From: Phocaeicola sp.
GTDB lineage: Bacteria; Bacteroidota; Bacteroidia; Bacteroidales; Bacteroidaceae
Assembly (NCBI GenBank): GCA_051651025.1
Contig: JBOFRN010000045.1
Span: 2,431-66,430, forward strand
Direction of reading: 5' to 3'
DNA: 64,000 bases
Shown here: piece after piece, positions 36,243 through 49,004 of the stretch
Position numbering within the stretch: position 1 is the first letter of the stretch
Layout of the letters: the number at the start of each line of letters is the position of its first letter
Translations under genes and position numbers: made by a program
The notes under the pieces: generated by a model
What the model was told of the DNA's origin: nothing
The model's database searches: none
The model's input: the letters and a program-made list of their open reading frames with translations, nothing else

Positions 36243-37697
36243 ATGAGAAAACTATCGTATACGTTATTGGCCCTAGTTGCCTTGAATGGAGCCTACAGTC
36301 ATGCCAAAGTAGTCAAACCCAAAAATGTACTCTTTATTTTAGTCGATGATTTGCAGAAATCGAGTATCCATGCCTATGGAAATTCCCAAGTCGAAACCCC
36401 TCATATAGATGGTATTGTGAATAACGGTGTCTCTTTTATGCGTACCTATACCAACGGCTCCTTGGGAGGAGCACTCTCTATGCCCAGTCGCGCCATGATT
36501 ATGACGGGTAGGGGCGTATTTGAGGTGAGTCGTGATGGCCAGCAAATACCCGAACCGCACACCACCTTGCCCGAGCAGCTTCGTTCCGAAGGGTATGAAA
36601 CCTTTGCAACGGGTAAATGGCACTCAGATAAGGCATCTTTCAATCGTTCCTTCTCCACGGGCGATCATATTTTCTTTGGAGGCATGCACCCCTATAACCA
36701 AAATGGACATTGGGAGCCCCGTTTGTATCATTACGATCCAACGGCACAATACAAGGAGGTTTACGTAGGCGATAAATTCTCATCCGAACTTTTTGCCGAT
36801 GCTGCGATTGCCTTTCTCAATGGGCGGAAGAAAAATGAGAAGCCCTTTTTTGCCTTTGTAGCCTTTACCTCTCCGCACGATCCTCGAAACCAGCATCCCG
36901 ACTATGGGCCCAAGTATGACCCCTCTACTTTAGATCTTCCGGTTAACTACTTGCCACAGCACCCCTTCGATAATGGCGAAATGAGTGTAAGAGACGAAGT
37001 GTTTCTTCCATTGCCTCGAACCGAAGAGATGGTTAAACAAGAGTTGGCCCACTATTATGGCATGGTAAGTGAGGTTGATGTTCAAATTGGTCGGATTCTC
37101 GAAACCTTAAAAGCACGAGGAGAATTAGAGAATACCATTCTTGTTTTTGCCTCCGATAATGGGTTGGCAGTAGGTCAGCATGGGTTGTTGGGTAAACAGA
37201 ATCTATATGAACATAGCATAGGTGTACCCCTCGTTATCATGGCCTCCGATTTAGAGAAAGGGGTGCGTAAAGAGCAGGGATGCTATTTGTATGATCTTTA
37301 TCCAACACTTTGCGATTTACTAGGGGTTATGCCATCTAGTTCGGTTACTGGCAAGTCGTTGCTACCTGTTTTACAGGGAGAAGCCACCCATCGCGATCGC
37401 ATATTCTTGACCTATAACAGTGTGCAACGTGCTTTGGTTAAGGATAACTGGAAGTACATTATTTACAACATCGAAGGGGCTATAACCGAACAACTTTTTG
37501 ATCTTAAAAACGATCCGTGGGAGTTAGTTAATCTAGCCGAAAATGGTGCGTACAAGTTGAAGATAGCAGCCTACAAACGAATGCTTCAAGAAGAGATGAA
37601 GCGACGAAATGATTTCTGCAATCTCGATAATCACTTCTGGAGAGGCAAGCCTGGTAAGCTATCGTGGGACGAGGGTATTAACCTATATGTCTATTAG
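36243..37697 (+). CDS. Sulfatase (S1 family, Ser-type formylglycine motif)
   Basis: Signal peptide MRKLSYTLLALVALNGAYSHA, metal-binding LFILVDDLQ, and the FGly motif SMPSRAMIMTGR (Ser in place of Cys). It sits in a glycan-degradation context. Confidence 0.88.
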   Translation: MRKLSYTLLALVALNGAYSHAKVVKPKNVLFILVDDLQKSSIHAYGNSQVETPHIDGIVNNGVSFMRTYTNGSLGGALSMPSRAMIMTGRGVFEVSRDGQQIPEPHTTLPEQLRSEGYETFATGKWHSDKASFNRSFSTGDHIFFGGMHPYNQNGHWEPRLYHYDPTAQYKEVYVGDKFSSELFADAAIAFLNGRKKNEKPFFAFVAFTSPHDPRNQHPDYGPKYDPSTLDLPVNYLPQHPFDNGEMSVRDEVFLPLPRTEEMVKQELAHYYGMVSEVDVQIGRILETLKARGELENTILVFASDNGLAVGQHGLLGKQNLYEHSIGVPLVIMASDLEKGVRKEQGCYLYDLYPTLCDLLGVMPSSSVTGKSLLPVLQGEATHRDRIFLTYNSVQRALVKDNWKYIIYNIEGAITEQLFDLKNDPWELVNLAENGAYKLKIAAYKRMLQEEMKRRNDFCNLDNHFWRGKPGKLSWDEGINLYVY

Positions 37698-37716
37698 TAT
37701 TGTTTAAAAAGGTATT

Positions 37717-37764
37717 GGTGAAAGTAAAGAGTCTGTTTGAATGTGTAGATTCTTTACTTTCACC
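37717..37764. terminator. 18-bp hairpin in a convergent intergenic gap
   Basis: ggtgaaagtaaagagtct (37717-37734) pairs with agattctttactttcacc (37747-37764) with one G-T pair. It lies between the sulfatase (+) and the Gfo/Idh/MocA gene (-). There is no strong T-run. Confidence 0.5.
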
Positions 37765-37952
37765 ACTATCATTTGGGAATGAGCTTTTTAGGCTTGGTGA
37801 AAGAAGAAAAAGAGTTTTGAAAATGGAGATCGGGTGGATCAAATGTTTCAGAAAGGGGGTGCATTTGTCAAATGCGAGGATGCTCTTATTTTCTTCTTTG
37901 TTATAAACTGAGTCCATCGTTCGTACCGAATGGTAGACTGAATGGATTATTT

Positions 37953-39101
37953 TTATCGATCAAACTCGACCAATCGCTGCTCTTTTATTGATCGCTCTGA
38001 GAGCGTAGTAATAGAACTCCACTCCATTTGGTCTTCAATGGTTAAAGGATAGGGTATTCCTCTTGTTGCATCCCACACAATGGCTTGTAGCATAATGTAA
38101 TCCATTCCGCTGTGGTGTGCATCAAATTCGTACGCCTCAGTTTTGTGTGTACGCCACAAAGGGTGTTCGTATTGATCTATATAGCTTGCATCCTCCTCCC
38201 AACACTCGTAAGGCGATTGATGCTCGATGTAGATTTTGCGATTTTCTCCTTTCCAAATCCCTTTTACCCCTTGTATCTCTAAGTTGAATTCGCGCGGACG
38301 GGGTAGGGTAGTATCGTGCGTAAGAATAACTTGTACCCCGGCAGTGGTTTCAATAATCGAGGTAATGATATCGCTCATGGCATAATTCGCTTTTGCATCG
38401 GGATGACTCTCTCCACCCAACTCTACAATACGCTGTTTAATACCTCTTGATTTGGAGGCAAAAGCGTGCAGAGTCTTAAAGCGGTCTTTTTGCTGAATGC
38501 CCAGCCAGTAGGTGATGGGAGCAATCCCGTGAGTGGGGTATATATCAGCATTGCGCTCCTGATAATAGCGATATCGCCACGAAGATTCGTGTAGTGTAGA
38601 TCCACCAAAATCGCCCTGCTCGCCCACAAGAATGGGTCGAATATCGTGGTAATATCCACCTCTGGCTGTAATAATCTCTCCGAAGAGTCCTGCACGAACC
38701 ATCTCACCCACCGACATTATTTCGCGTGCAAAACACATGTTCTCGAGGGGATAGACCTTTGTCCCTGATTTTTGGGAAGCTTCCTTAATCTGGAAGTACT
38801 CCTTATCGAACAGTTCGCCTTTCACTTCAAGGGCTATGTGTACTCCCTTCTCTAGGCATTTGAGTGCCTGTTCGAAATGAAACTCCCAGGGTGAGGCAAT
38901 ACATACGAGGTCGAGTTGTTCAGCAGTGAGCATTACATCTAAATCGGAGTAGGGGGTGGCTTGTATTCCATGCGGTAGTACCATTTGTGTAGATACATCC
39001 ATTACAGCAACGATTCTATAGGCTGGTATATTCTGCATAAGGCGGATAAGGTAGCTTCCACGATATCCCACACCCACGACTCCCACTCGTATTTCCTTCA
39101 T
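37953..39101 (-). CDS. Gfo/Idh/MocA-family NAD-binding protein, GH109-like, no signal peptide
   Basis: 382-aa ORF with a Rossmann N-terminus MKEIRVGVVGVGYRGS. It is collinear by eye with the 464-aa GH109-like neighbour (LENMCFAREIMSVGEMVRAGLFGEI vs LENCVYDFFELTTLNMASQGVFGEV; DIYPTHGIAP vs DIYATHGVGP; HSGMDYIML vs HGGMDFIMD). Confidence 0.7.
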   Translation of the reverse strand: MKEIRVGVVGVGYRGSYLIRLMQNIPAYRIVAVMDVSTQMVLPHGIQATPYSDLDVMLTAEQLDLVCIASPWEFHFEQALKCLEKGVHIALEVKGELFDKEYFQIKEASQKSGTKVYPLENMCFAREIMSVGEMVRAGLFGEIITARGGYYHDIRPILVGEQGDFGGSTLHESSWRYRYYQERNADIYPTHGIAPITYWLGIQQKDRFKTLHAFASKSRGIKQRIVELGGESHPDAKANYAMSDIITSIIETTAGVQVILTHDTTLPRPREFNLEIQGVKGIWKGENRKIYIEHQSPYECWEEDASYIDQYEHPLWRTHKTEAYEFDAHHSGMDYIMLQAIVWDATRGIPYPLTIEDQMEWSSITTLSERSIKEQRLVEFDR

Positions 39102-39317
39102 ATATTGCTCCTCTTACTGCTTGCTATTGGTTCTGATTGTTTGTGTTCCCACTAAAGAATATAAGGACTCTTTAGAGTAACAAAAATAGCAAAATATCTT
39201 TGGAGAGTGGTATAATTGATTGCTTTTATTTCTTCTTCTTTGCTTGCTTTTATATTCTTTGTAGTGCGTTATTCCTCCGAGAACGAAGCTGCTATTAGGA
39301 ATTAGCTATATACGAGA

Positions 39318-39358
39318 ATCGCCCTATTCGTACTCCACTGGGAGTCGAATAGGGCGAT
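39318..39358 (-). terminator. Strong hairpin downstream of the GH2 gene
   Basis: atcgccctattcg (39318-39330) pairs with cgaatagggcgat (39346-39358), plus 5 inner pairs (actcc/ggagt). There is no U-tract on the minus strand. Confidence 0.4.
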
Positions 39359-39410
39359 ATTGGTTGCAATTGGTAAGATTTACTTTGGATAAAATATTAC
39401 CGTTGCTTTT

Positions 39411-42788
<3,378 letters not shown>

Positions 42789-42794
42789 CTATAA

Positions 42795-44189
42795 TTAATC
42801 AGCAAAAGCGTGTCTGTAACCTTTTACTTTGTTCCAAGCTCCACGAGTAAAATCGGGTACAGCTACAGGTGCAGAACCGTTTTCTAAAGAAAGGCGAGTT
42901 AATTCAGCGAATGAACACCACTCTGCCAAGTCATAAACGTCCATATCTAAAGGAAGACCATTTTGCAAACAGTATACCAAACGGTAATCCATGATGAAGT
43001 CCATACCACCGTGACCACCTACTTTCTTAGCAGTCTCTTCCAATTCTACGTGAATACGGTTTTTGTATTTTGCCATCAATGCCTCTTTTACATCGTTAGG
43101 TACAGCACCGTGTGCGTTTAAGTTTTCGTGGTTAGGAACATCGTTGCTATCTACTTGAGAAGGACGCAAGCAATATTGTTGTACAGGGTATTTGCTAGCA
43201 TAACCATCGGCACCTACTACTTGGTACATGCGGCTGTAAGGACGAGGAGTCATTACATTGTGTTGAATCAACATGGTTTTGCCATTTTCTGTATTTACAA
43301 GCGTTGTTGTTTGATCACCGTTTTGGAAATCTTTTACATCTTCGCCCGTTGCATTCTTAATAACTGCAGGGCCATTAACTGGTTTTGTATCCATAGCAAC
43401 CAATGTTTTCATACGGTCACCACGGTGAATGTTCAATAGCTGGCAAGCAGGACCTACACCGTGAGTAGCATAGATATCGCCACGGAATTCGCGGTTGTAA
43501 TCCATACGCCAGTTGTTCCAGTACGATGACCAGAAGTCTTCAAGGTTGTGAATGTAAGCTCCTTCTACATGAAGTACTTCACCAAATACGCCTTGGCTAG
43601 CCATGTTCAATGTAGTAAGTTCGAAGAAGTCATATACACAGTTTTCTAGTTGCATACAGTGTTTACGTGTACGCTCAGAAGTGTCAATTAATTGCCAGAT
43701 TTCATCCAATGTCATGGCTGCAGGAACTTCGATAGCTACGTGCTTGCCTTGTTCCATTGCATATACACCCATTGTAGCATGCGTTTTCCAATCTGTTGCA
43801 ATATAAATCAAATCCAAATCATCACGCTCTACCATTTGCTTCCATGCATTCTCATCGCCTGAATATGCAACAGCACGAGCTTTACCTTGTTTTTCAAGAA
43901 TCTTTTGAGTGCGTTCAACATTATCTGCGCTAAGATCGCAAAGTGCTACGACTTCAGTTCCGGGTATTTGAGTGAAACGGTGAACTGCACCAGGACCGCG
44001 CATACCTAGGCCAATGAAGCCTACGCGTACCGTCTCAATTTTAGGAGCGGCTAGTTCAATTACGTCAGTTTGACCAGCTGGACGTGCTGGAACTTTAGTT
44101 TCGATAGGTGCACATCCATTGTTTGATGTTGGGGCCGTACAACCTACCATAGCAACTAATAATAGTGCTAAGAATCCAATTTTTTTCAT
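42795..44189 (-). CDS. GH109-like Gfo/Idh/MocA glycosidase (alpha-N-acetylgalactosaminidase-type), lipoprotein
   Basis: 464-aa ORF with the lipobox LVAMVGC and a Rossmann VRVGFIGLGMRG. The body follows the GH109-type pattern (HCMQLENCVYD, EGAYIHNL, GGHGGMDFIMDYR). It starts 12 nt after the end of the upstream MFS-GH109-GH2 gene order. Confidence 0.65.
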   Translation of the reverse strand: MKKIGFLALLLVAMVGCTAPTSNNGCAPIETKVPARPAGQTDVIELAAPKIETVRVGFIGLGMRGPGAVHRFTQIPGTEVVALCDLSADNVERTQKILEKQGKARAVAYSGDENAWKQMVERDDLDLIYIATDWKTHATMGVYAMEQGKHVAIEVPAAMTLDEIWQLIDTSERTRKHCMQLENCVYDFFELTTLNMASQGVFGEVLHVEGAYIHNLEDFWSSYWNNWRMDYNREFRGDIYATHGVGPACQLLNIHRGDRMKTLVAMDTKPVNGPAVIKNATGEDVKDFQNGDQTTTLVNTENGKTMLIQHNVMTPRPYSRMYQVVGADGYASKYPVQQYCLRPSQVDSNDVPNHENLNAHGAVPNDVKEALMAKYKNRIHVELEETAKKVGGHGGMDFIMDYRLVYCLQNGLPLDMDVYDLAEWCSFAELTRLSLENGSAPVAVPDFTRGAWNKVKGYRHAFAD

Positions 44190-44285
44190 GTTTTTTTATT
44201 TATAGTTGATAGAAAAGTGTTTTATATAGGTTAACAGGTAGTTTTTCCTCTTCGAATGAATCGAAGAGGAGGTAAGGTTAAATCG

Positions 44286-45503
44286 TTATTTCTTTGTGCG
44301 AATTTTGTATCCCGCCATACCGTAGTAAAGAATAAATAAGAAGCAAGGTACACAAATCCAGAATGAGGTTTGGAAGTCGGTTGCATCTTGTATTAAACCG
44401 CGTACGAAAGGCATTACCGCACCACCGGCGATAGCCATGGTAAGTAGCGAAGAACCTGCTTTGGTAAATTTACCAAGATCGGCCATCGCAAGTGGCCAAA
44501 GTGCAGGCCACATTAAAGAGCAACCCAAGGCCATAAAGAATATGCAATATACAGAGAACTCGCCAGGTACTACAGCTACTAGTACAGAACCAATAATAGC
44601 TACAATCGCGCATATTTTCATAGCAGTGGCTTGGTTAAGGTACTTAGGGATAAGAAGTGCACCACAGATATACCCCACAATCATACCGATAGAAGGAATA
44701 AACCCGTAGTTGTCGCCAGGAAGTTCTAATGATTTTGCATAACCGGTAGCAGTAGCCAATGCAATGGTCTCTACCCCTACGTAAAGGAAAAGGGCAACTA
44801 CACCCAAAAGAAGGTGAGGGAACTCCGTGATTGACTTTTTACCTTCTGCATACGAAGAGACTTCGGCAGCTCCTTCATCGTTGCTATTCTCTTCACCAGC
44901 CGCTTTTACCTCGGGAAGTGGAGCCATAAGTGCCATCACACCCAATGCTACAAAAAGACCGATGATGATGTAGAAAGGTTGGTAAAGATCGGCCATTGTA
45001 ATATTGTCGATCGTTTTACCAATTACCATTGTAATGAATAAGGTAGTAGCAGGCCAAGCCAATTTGTTACAGATACCCATAATCGAGATGCGTTTAGCAG
45101 CCGATTCAATAGGACCTAAAATGGTGATATAGGGATTAACCGATGCTTGTAGTACAGCATTTGCAGCACCACAGGCAAAAGATGCAACCAAGAACCAAGT
45201 AATTGAGGCGGTAGAGGCTGCTTGAATAAAAAGACCAAAAGCACCAGCAAATATAACAAATGAGAGGGCCATTGTTTTTTTATAACCAATTTTCTCAATA
45301 CATTTTGTAGCAGGAATACCAAATAGTAAGAAAGGAACAAAAGTTGCAGCCAACAAGAGGTTGGATTGAGCTGCCGACATTTGCATCGATTTTTCCAATA
45401 CAGGCATTAAAAATGCGTTAATACCCAGTGCAAAGCCGATGGCAAAGAACATCATGCCGACAAAAGCCAATGGCACCATAAAATTTTTTGGGGTTGTTTC
45501 CAT
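44286..45503 (-). CDS. MFS sugar transporter, FucP/GluP-like
   Basis: 405-aa ORF with about 12 TM segments. Its N-terminal MMFFAIGFALGINAFLMPVLEKSMQMS pattern is typical of the fucose/glucose-galactose permease subfamily. The substrate cannot be told from sequence. Confidence 0.8.
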   Translation of the reverse strand: METTPKNFMVPLAFVGMMFFAIGFALGINAFLMPVLEKSMQMSAAQSNLLLAATFVPFLLFGIPATKCIEKIGYKKTMALSFVIFAGAFGLFIQAASTASITWFLVASFACGAANAVLQASVNPYITILGPIESAAKRISIMGICNKLAWPATTLFITMVIGKTIDNITMADLYQPFYIIIGLFVALGVMALMAPLPEVKAAGEENSNDEGAAEVSSYAEGKKSITEFPHLLLGVVALFLYVGVETIALATATGYAKSLELPGDNYGFIPSIGMIVGYICGALLIPKYLNQATAMKICAIVAIIGSVLVAVVPGEFSVYCIFFMALGCSLMWPALWPLAMADLGKFTKAGSSLLTMAIAGGAVMPFVRGLIQDATDFQTSFWICVPCFLFILYYGMAGYKIRTKK

Positions 45504-45519
45504 AAGTAAGTTTTGTTAC

Positions 45520-45542
45520 GAATTCAAGTTGCTATTGAATTC
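45520..45542. promoter_or_regulatory. Inverted repeat in the MFS 5' leader
   Basis: gaattcaa (45520-27) and ttgaattc (45535-42) are perfect 8-bp arms with a 7-nt spacer, 17-40 nt upstream of the MFS ATG. Confidence 0.25.
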
Positions 45543-45664
45543 TCGTTTTGTTTATTAAGGTTATCAAATAATTCGTTCCTTATTCTCTTTAAAACTCTTT
45601 TTGTACCTCATTTAATAGGCTTATCGTAAAATATAGCATCAAATTGTACTAAAAAAATCGATCG

Positions 45665-45672
45665 CAAAGTTA
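45665..45672 (-). promoter_or_regulatory. Candidate -7 box (TAnnTTTG)
   Basis: The minus strand reads taactttg, 161 nt upstream of the MFS ATG. The same octamer occurs upstream of the second sialidase (53669-53676). Confidence 0.25.
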
Positions 45673-45750
45673 TTAAAGAACTCTTTAATTTCAGCATAAA
45701 GTTTCACAAAAGTTTAAGTTTAATCCGAATATAAATTAGTTATTTAGATT

Positions 45751-46926
45751 CTATTTTACCAAATAGACCATTTTATTTGCCTCATCTGTACGTATACCTG
45801 GTTTTAATTCGCCTCCTATCACATAGAGTGACTCACCTATTATGCCTACTCCTGCTCCAGCACGTGCTGCCTGTGGAGAACTGAATGAGTCGACCCACTG
45901 GCTCCTTTTCACATTGAATACAAAGATTTCTGGATTGAAGTTATACCATGCTATAGGTTGAAGCAGATAGCAGCGCTGCACGTGGGCTATCGAGTCAATT
46001 GCTTCCTGGTTATTAGCTTGTTTAGCTATAAGCATGTTCTGACCATTTAACAGTGCCTCTTCAAAACGAGGACGATTTACTCCACCACCCACTAATAAGA
46101 GTGAGTCATTTTGTGGAATAGCAAAACCACCTACGAGGGCCAGTGTAGAGTTGTCGGTTGTGCAGATAGGAAGTTTAGCAACCTCTTTCCAACTCTTATT
46201 CTGGGGGCAATAGCTCCAGACCTCTTCGGGCATCTCGGGCTTTTGATTGACTGTTCCTCCATTAAAACCTCCTAGCAAAAGTATCTCCTCATTCTCTCCG
46301 CAAGCGAGTTGCAACTGTACGCGTGCAGGCTCTGGATAATTTATTAACTCTTCCCATGCTTCAGGTTGCTCCAGATTAAGACGATAGAATTGAGTTCCTG
46401 GTTTCCCATTGCAAATACCACCCGCTACATAGAGAAAGTTCTTGCTGCATACAGCAGCTGTATTGTCCATGGTAATGGGTAGAGAGGGAAGCGTATCGAC
46501 CCGAAGCGGCACTTTGTTAAGTGCTATGGATAATACGGCTGCCGAAGAGTGCTGTTCATTGTTTCCTCCTACACAAATCCACTGATTGTTGTAAAGTACC
46601 GAAGCTCCGTATGCTAACGGTATGGGTAGATTTCCTTTATATTCCCATTTACCTATCGAATCACTATAGCTGTAAATAGCATCATAATAAACTTTGCTTC
46701 CTCCTTCGGCTGCAGGCTGATTGGGAAAGTTGCATCCACCTGCCACCCACATCGAATGGTTGTAAGCGATGGCAAAAGGGGCCGATACTCCCTTTACAGT
46801 AGTCGATGAGCCAATGGGAAGAGGGGCCAGAGGAGTTGCTTTCATCTCCTCTTGGCTAGGTATAACGCACTGTGTAAGGCTACAACATGCAAAAGCGATA
46901 GTGGCTGTAATGGCTGTTCTTTTCAT
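45751..46926 (-). CDS. Kelch-repeat beta-propeller, NanM-like sialic acid mutarotase family (possibly the cyclically permuted type)
   Basis: 391-aa ORF with a signal peptide and repeated Kelch GG motifs (WVAGGCN, ICVGGNN, LYVAGGIC, LLLGGFNGG, LLVGGGVN, LYVIGGEL). It lies adjacent to a sialate esterase. Confidence 0.7.
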   Translation of the reverse strand: MKRTAITATIAFACCSLTQCVIPSQEEMKATPLAPLPIGSSTTVKGVSAPFAIAYNHSMWVAGGCNFPNQPAAEGGSKVYYDAIYSYSDSIGKWEYKGNLPIPLAYGASVLYNNQWICVGGNNEQHSSAAVLSIALNKVPLRVDTLPSLPITMDNTAAVCSKNFLYVAGGICNGKPGTQFYRLNLEQPEAWEELINYPEPARVQLQLACGENEEILLLGGFNGGTVNQKPEMPEEVWSYCPQNKSWKEVAKLPICTTDNSTLALVGGFAIPQNDSLLLVGGGVNRPRFEEALLNGQNMLIAKQANNQEAIDSIAHVQRCYLLQPIAWYNFNPEIFVFNVKRSQWVDSFSSPQAARAGAGVGIIGESLYVIGGELKPGIRTDEANKMVYLVK

Positions 46927-46937
46927 TTAATTCTTTT

Positions 46938-49004
46938 TTAATAAGGTGTTGATAGAAAGGTGGAGGCAGGTAAACCTGCTGCATTGATTAAATTGGCACG
47001 GGTGAACGGCTGCCAGCCGTAACGAACGTACATAGGTTTCTCAACCTTCTTGTTCCATACGCGTACCTCATTGCCTACTATCTCCGCCTCGGCAGGATGA
47101 AAGATGGCTGTCTCGTCTGCTACTTCAAAGCAGCAGGGTGCCTTCCCATCCGATGTTGTTAAGCCTTCTGCATACGTAAATGTGACGTATACTTTCCCCT
47201 TCTTGATATGTAAATCCTTGTAAAGTGGCCCCGAAGGGAGGTTGTTTTGTCCATAGGTTTGGCTAAGTGCCCAAGCAGCTAATCTTTCGCCTACCTCTTT
47301 CTTTCTGCGTGGATGTACATCGAGTGAATCTCCACGATCGGACGATACGGCCATGCCTAGATGTGGTCGAGAATCCAATAGTCTGCGCTGGCTGTCTCTA
47401 AAGATAGGCCACTCGGGACGGTTCATGCTCGATAGTTGTACATAGAGGAAGGGCAGGGTAGGGTTCTCCCAGCTTTTACGCCAACTATCTACCAAAATAG
47501 GAAATACCTTTTCGTGCAACTCTGTATTGTGTGCATTCGATTCGCCTTGGTACCAAAGTACGCCACCAATGGGGTAACTCTTCAAGTTACGAATCGCGGT
47601 TTCGTATAGATAAGCAGGTTCGTACGGGTGACGTTGAAGCGTGTTGGTTGCTTGTGCTATGTTTTTAGAGGCTCTATCTCGTACCCAACCTTGTAAAAAG
47701 TCGCTCTTCTTCCAATTGTATAAAAGGGAAGGAATTTCCATTTCGAGTGTATGACGGTCTATCCATGCTTCGGCTGGTGAACCACCTAGTGAACAGTGAA
47801 TAAGTCCAATAGGTACTTGCAATGAGTCACTCAGTTTTCGTGCAAAGGCGTAGCCGATGGCCGATGTACCTTTAACCGATTCGGCTGATGCAGCCTTCCA
47901 ACCAGTAGACTCAAAGTACTTCAGCTCATTGAGCTCGTGCAGGGTGAGGGAATCCCACTCTACATCGTAAGTCTCCCATCGAGGCTTGCTGTCGAGTATG
48001 CGAATAGACGATCTACTCTCAACATCTGCCAATAGCTCCTCTTTCTCTTCGCTTTGATCTACACGGAAGAACATATTTGATTGCCCCGAACAGAGCCACA
48101 CTTCGCCCACTAATACCTCTTTATACTGAATCGTTTTTGTATCCGATTCAATCTTAAGCGTATAAGGGCCACCCGCTTTCATCGGGTTTAGCTCCACCTG
48201 CCACTTGCCATTAAGAGCTGTTACTGTTTTGTGCGACTGTTTGTTTATGCTTACGCGAATTTTCTCGCCTGCATTAGCACTACCAGTAACTGTTAGTTTT
48301 TGGTTGCGTTGCAACACCATGTAGTCCGAATAAGCAGAACTCATTTGTAGTCCGCCAAAGTTACCTGTAATGGCACTATATACTCGTTTTGCTAATAGCT
48401 CTGCTCCTTGAGCATTGGGATGAATTGCATCGGGCATTAAATCGGGCCGATCGTAAAGTACCTCTTGAAAGTCGATAAGCTCTACTTTATTAATACGTGC
48501 TACCTGTTCTATAGCATGCTGTACTTGGTGATACCAATCGCGTGTGCTCGATTGAAAGCGAGGGTGCCAATGGAAAATAGGTGACAATCTACAAATTGAG
48601 ACCTTTACTTGTGGGTTCACCTCCTTGAATGCGTTTATTAGCGAAGTATAATCTTCGAGAAACGAATCGCGATGCGCTGCCCATGAGCGAGGATCAGTAT
48701 CATTCAATCCCAAGTGAATAATCACCATATCGGGCTTAAAATCAATAGCATTTCTATAAGCTTCGAGAGAGTTATAGGGACGATGTCCTTTCTTTAATAG
48801 GGTAGCACCACTGTGTCCAAAGTTACCTACTTCGTATCCCTCACCTAAGAAGGCCTGCAACTTAGCTGGGTAGGCATTCTTTTCACGTTCTTCTACCAAG
48901 TAACCGTAGGTGACGCTATTACCTACACAAGCCACTTTAACCTGTGCCACTAGTGGAAGTAGTGCCAGACAGGTTGCTAGAAAGAAAAGTAGTTTTCTTC
49001 TCAT
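46938..49004 (-). CDS. Two-domain sialate O-acetylesterase (SGNH domain + SASA/DUF303 domain)
   Basis: 688-aa ORF. The N-terminal SGNH blocks are VGNSVTYG, GHSGATL, LGLNDTD and DAIHPN. The C-terminal SASA motifs are LCSGQSNM, SLGGSPAEAW and LWYQGESN. Confidence 0.85.
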   Translation of the reverse strand: MRRKLLFFLATCLALLPLVAQVKVACVGNSVTYGYLVEEREKNAYPAKLQAFLGEGYEVGNFGHSGATLLKKGHRPYNSLEAYRNAIDFKPDMVIIHLGLNDTDPRSWAAHRDSFLEDYTSLINAFKEVNPQVKVSICRLSPIFHWHPRFQSSTRDWYHQVQHAIEQVARINKVELIDFQEVLYDRPDLMPDAIHPNAQGAELLAKRVYSAITGNFGGLQMSSAYSDYMVLQRNQKLTVTGSANAGEKIRVSINKQSHKTVTALNGKWQVELNPMKAGGPYTLKIESDTKTIQYKEVLVGEVWLCSGQSNMFFRVDQSEEKEELLADVESRSSIRILDSKPRWETYDVEWDSLTLHELNELKYFESTGWKAASAESVKGTSAIGYAFARKLSDSLQVPIGLIHCSLGGSPAEAWIDRHTLEMEIPSLLYNWKKSDFLQGWVRDRASKNIAQATNTLQRHPYEPAYLYETAIRNLKSYPIGGVLWYQGESNAHNTELHEKVFPILVDSWRKSWENPTLPFLYVQLSSMNRPEWPIFRDSQRRLLDSRPHLGMAVSSDRGDSLDVHPRRKKEVGERLAAWALSQTYGQNNLPSGPLYKDLHIKKGKVYVTFTYAEGLTTSDGKAPCCFEVADETAIFHPAEAEIVGNEVRVWNKKVEKPMYVRYGWQPFTRANLINAAGLPASTFLSTPY

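Noticed and set aside
37678-37917. 68-aa (+) and 79-aa (-) ORFs in the convergent gap between the sulfatase and Gfo/Idh/MocA genes
   Set aside because: They overlap each other and the 18-bp terminator hairpin. The + ORF starts at a non-ATG codon. Their compositions are not protein-like and no motifs are visible.
44240-44270. Hairpin cctcttcga...tcgaagagg between the MFS and GH109-like genes, as a terminator
   Set aside because: On the transcribed (minus) strand it is followed by an A-run, not a U-tract. The genes are 96 nt apart in the same orientation, so it is more likely an intra-operon structure. Support was too weak to list as a feature.
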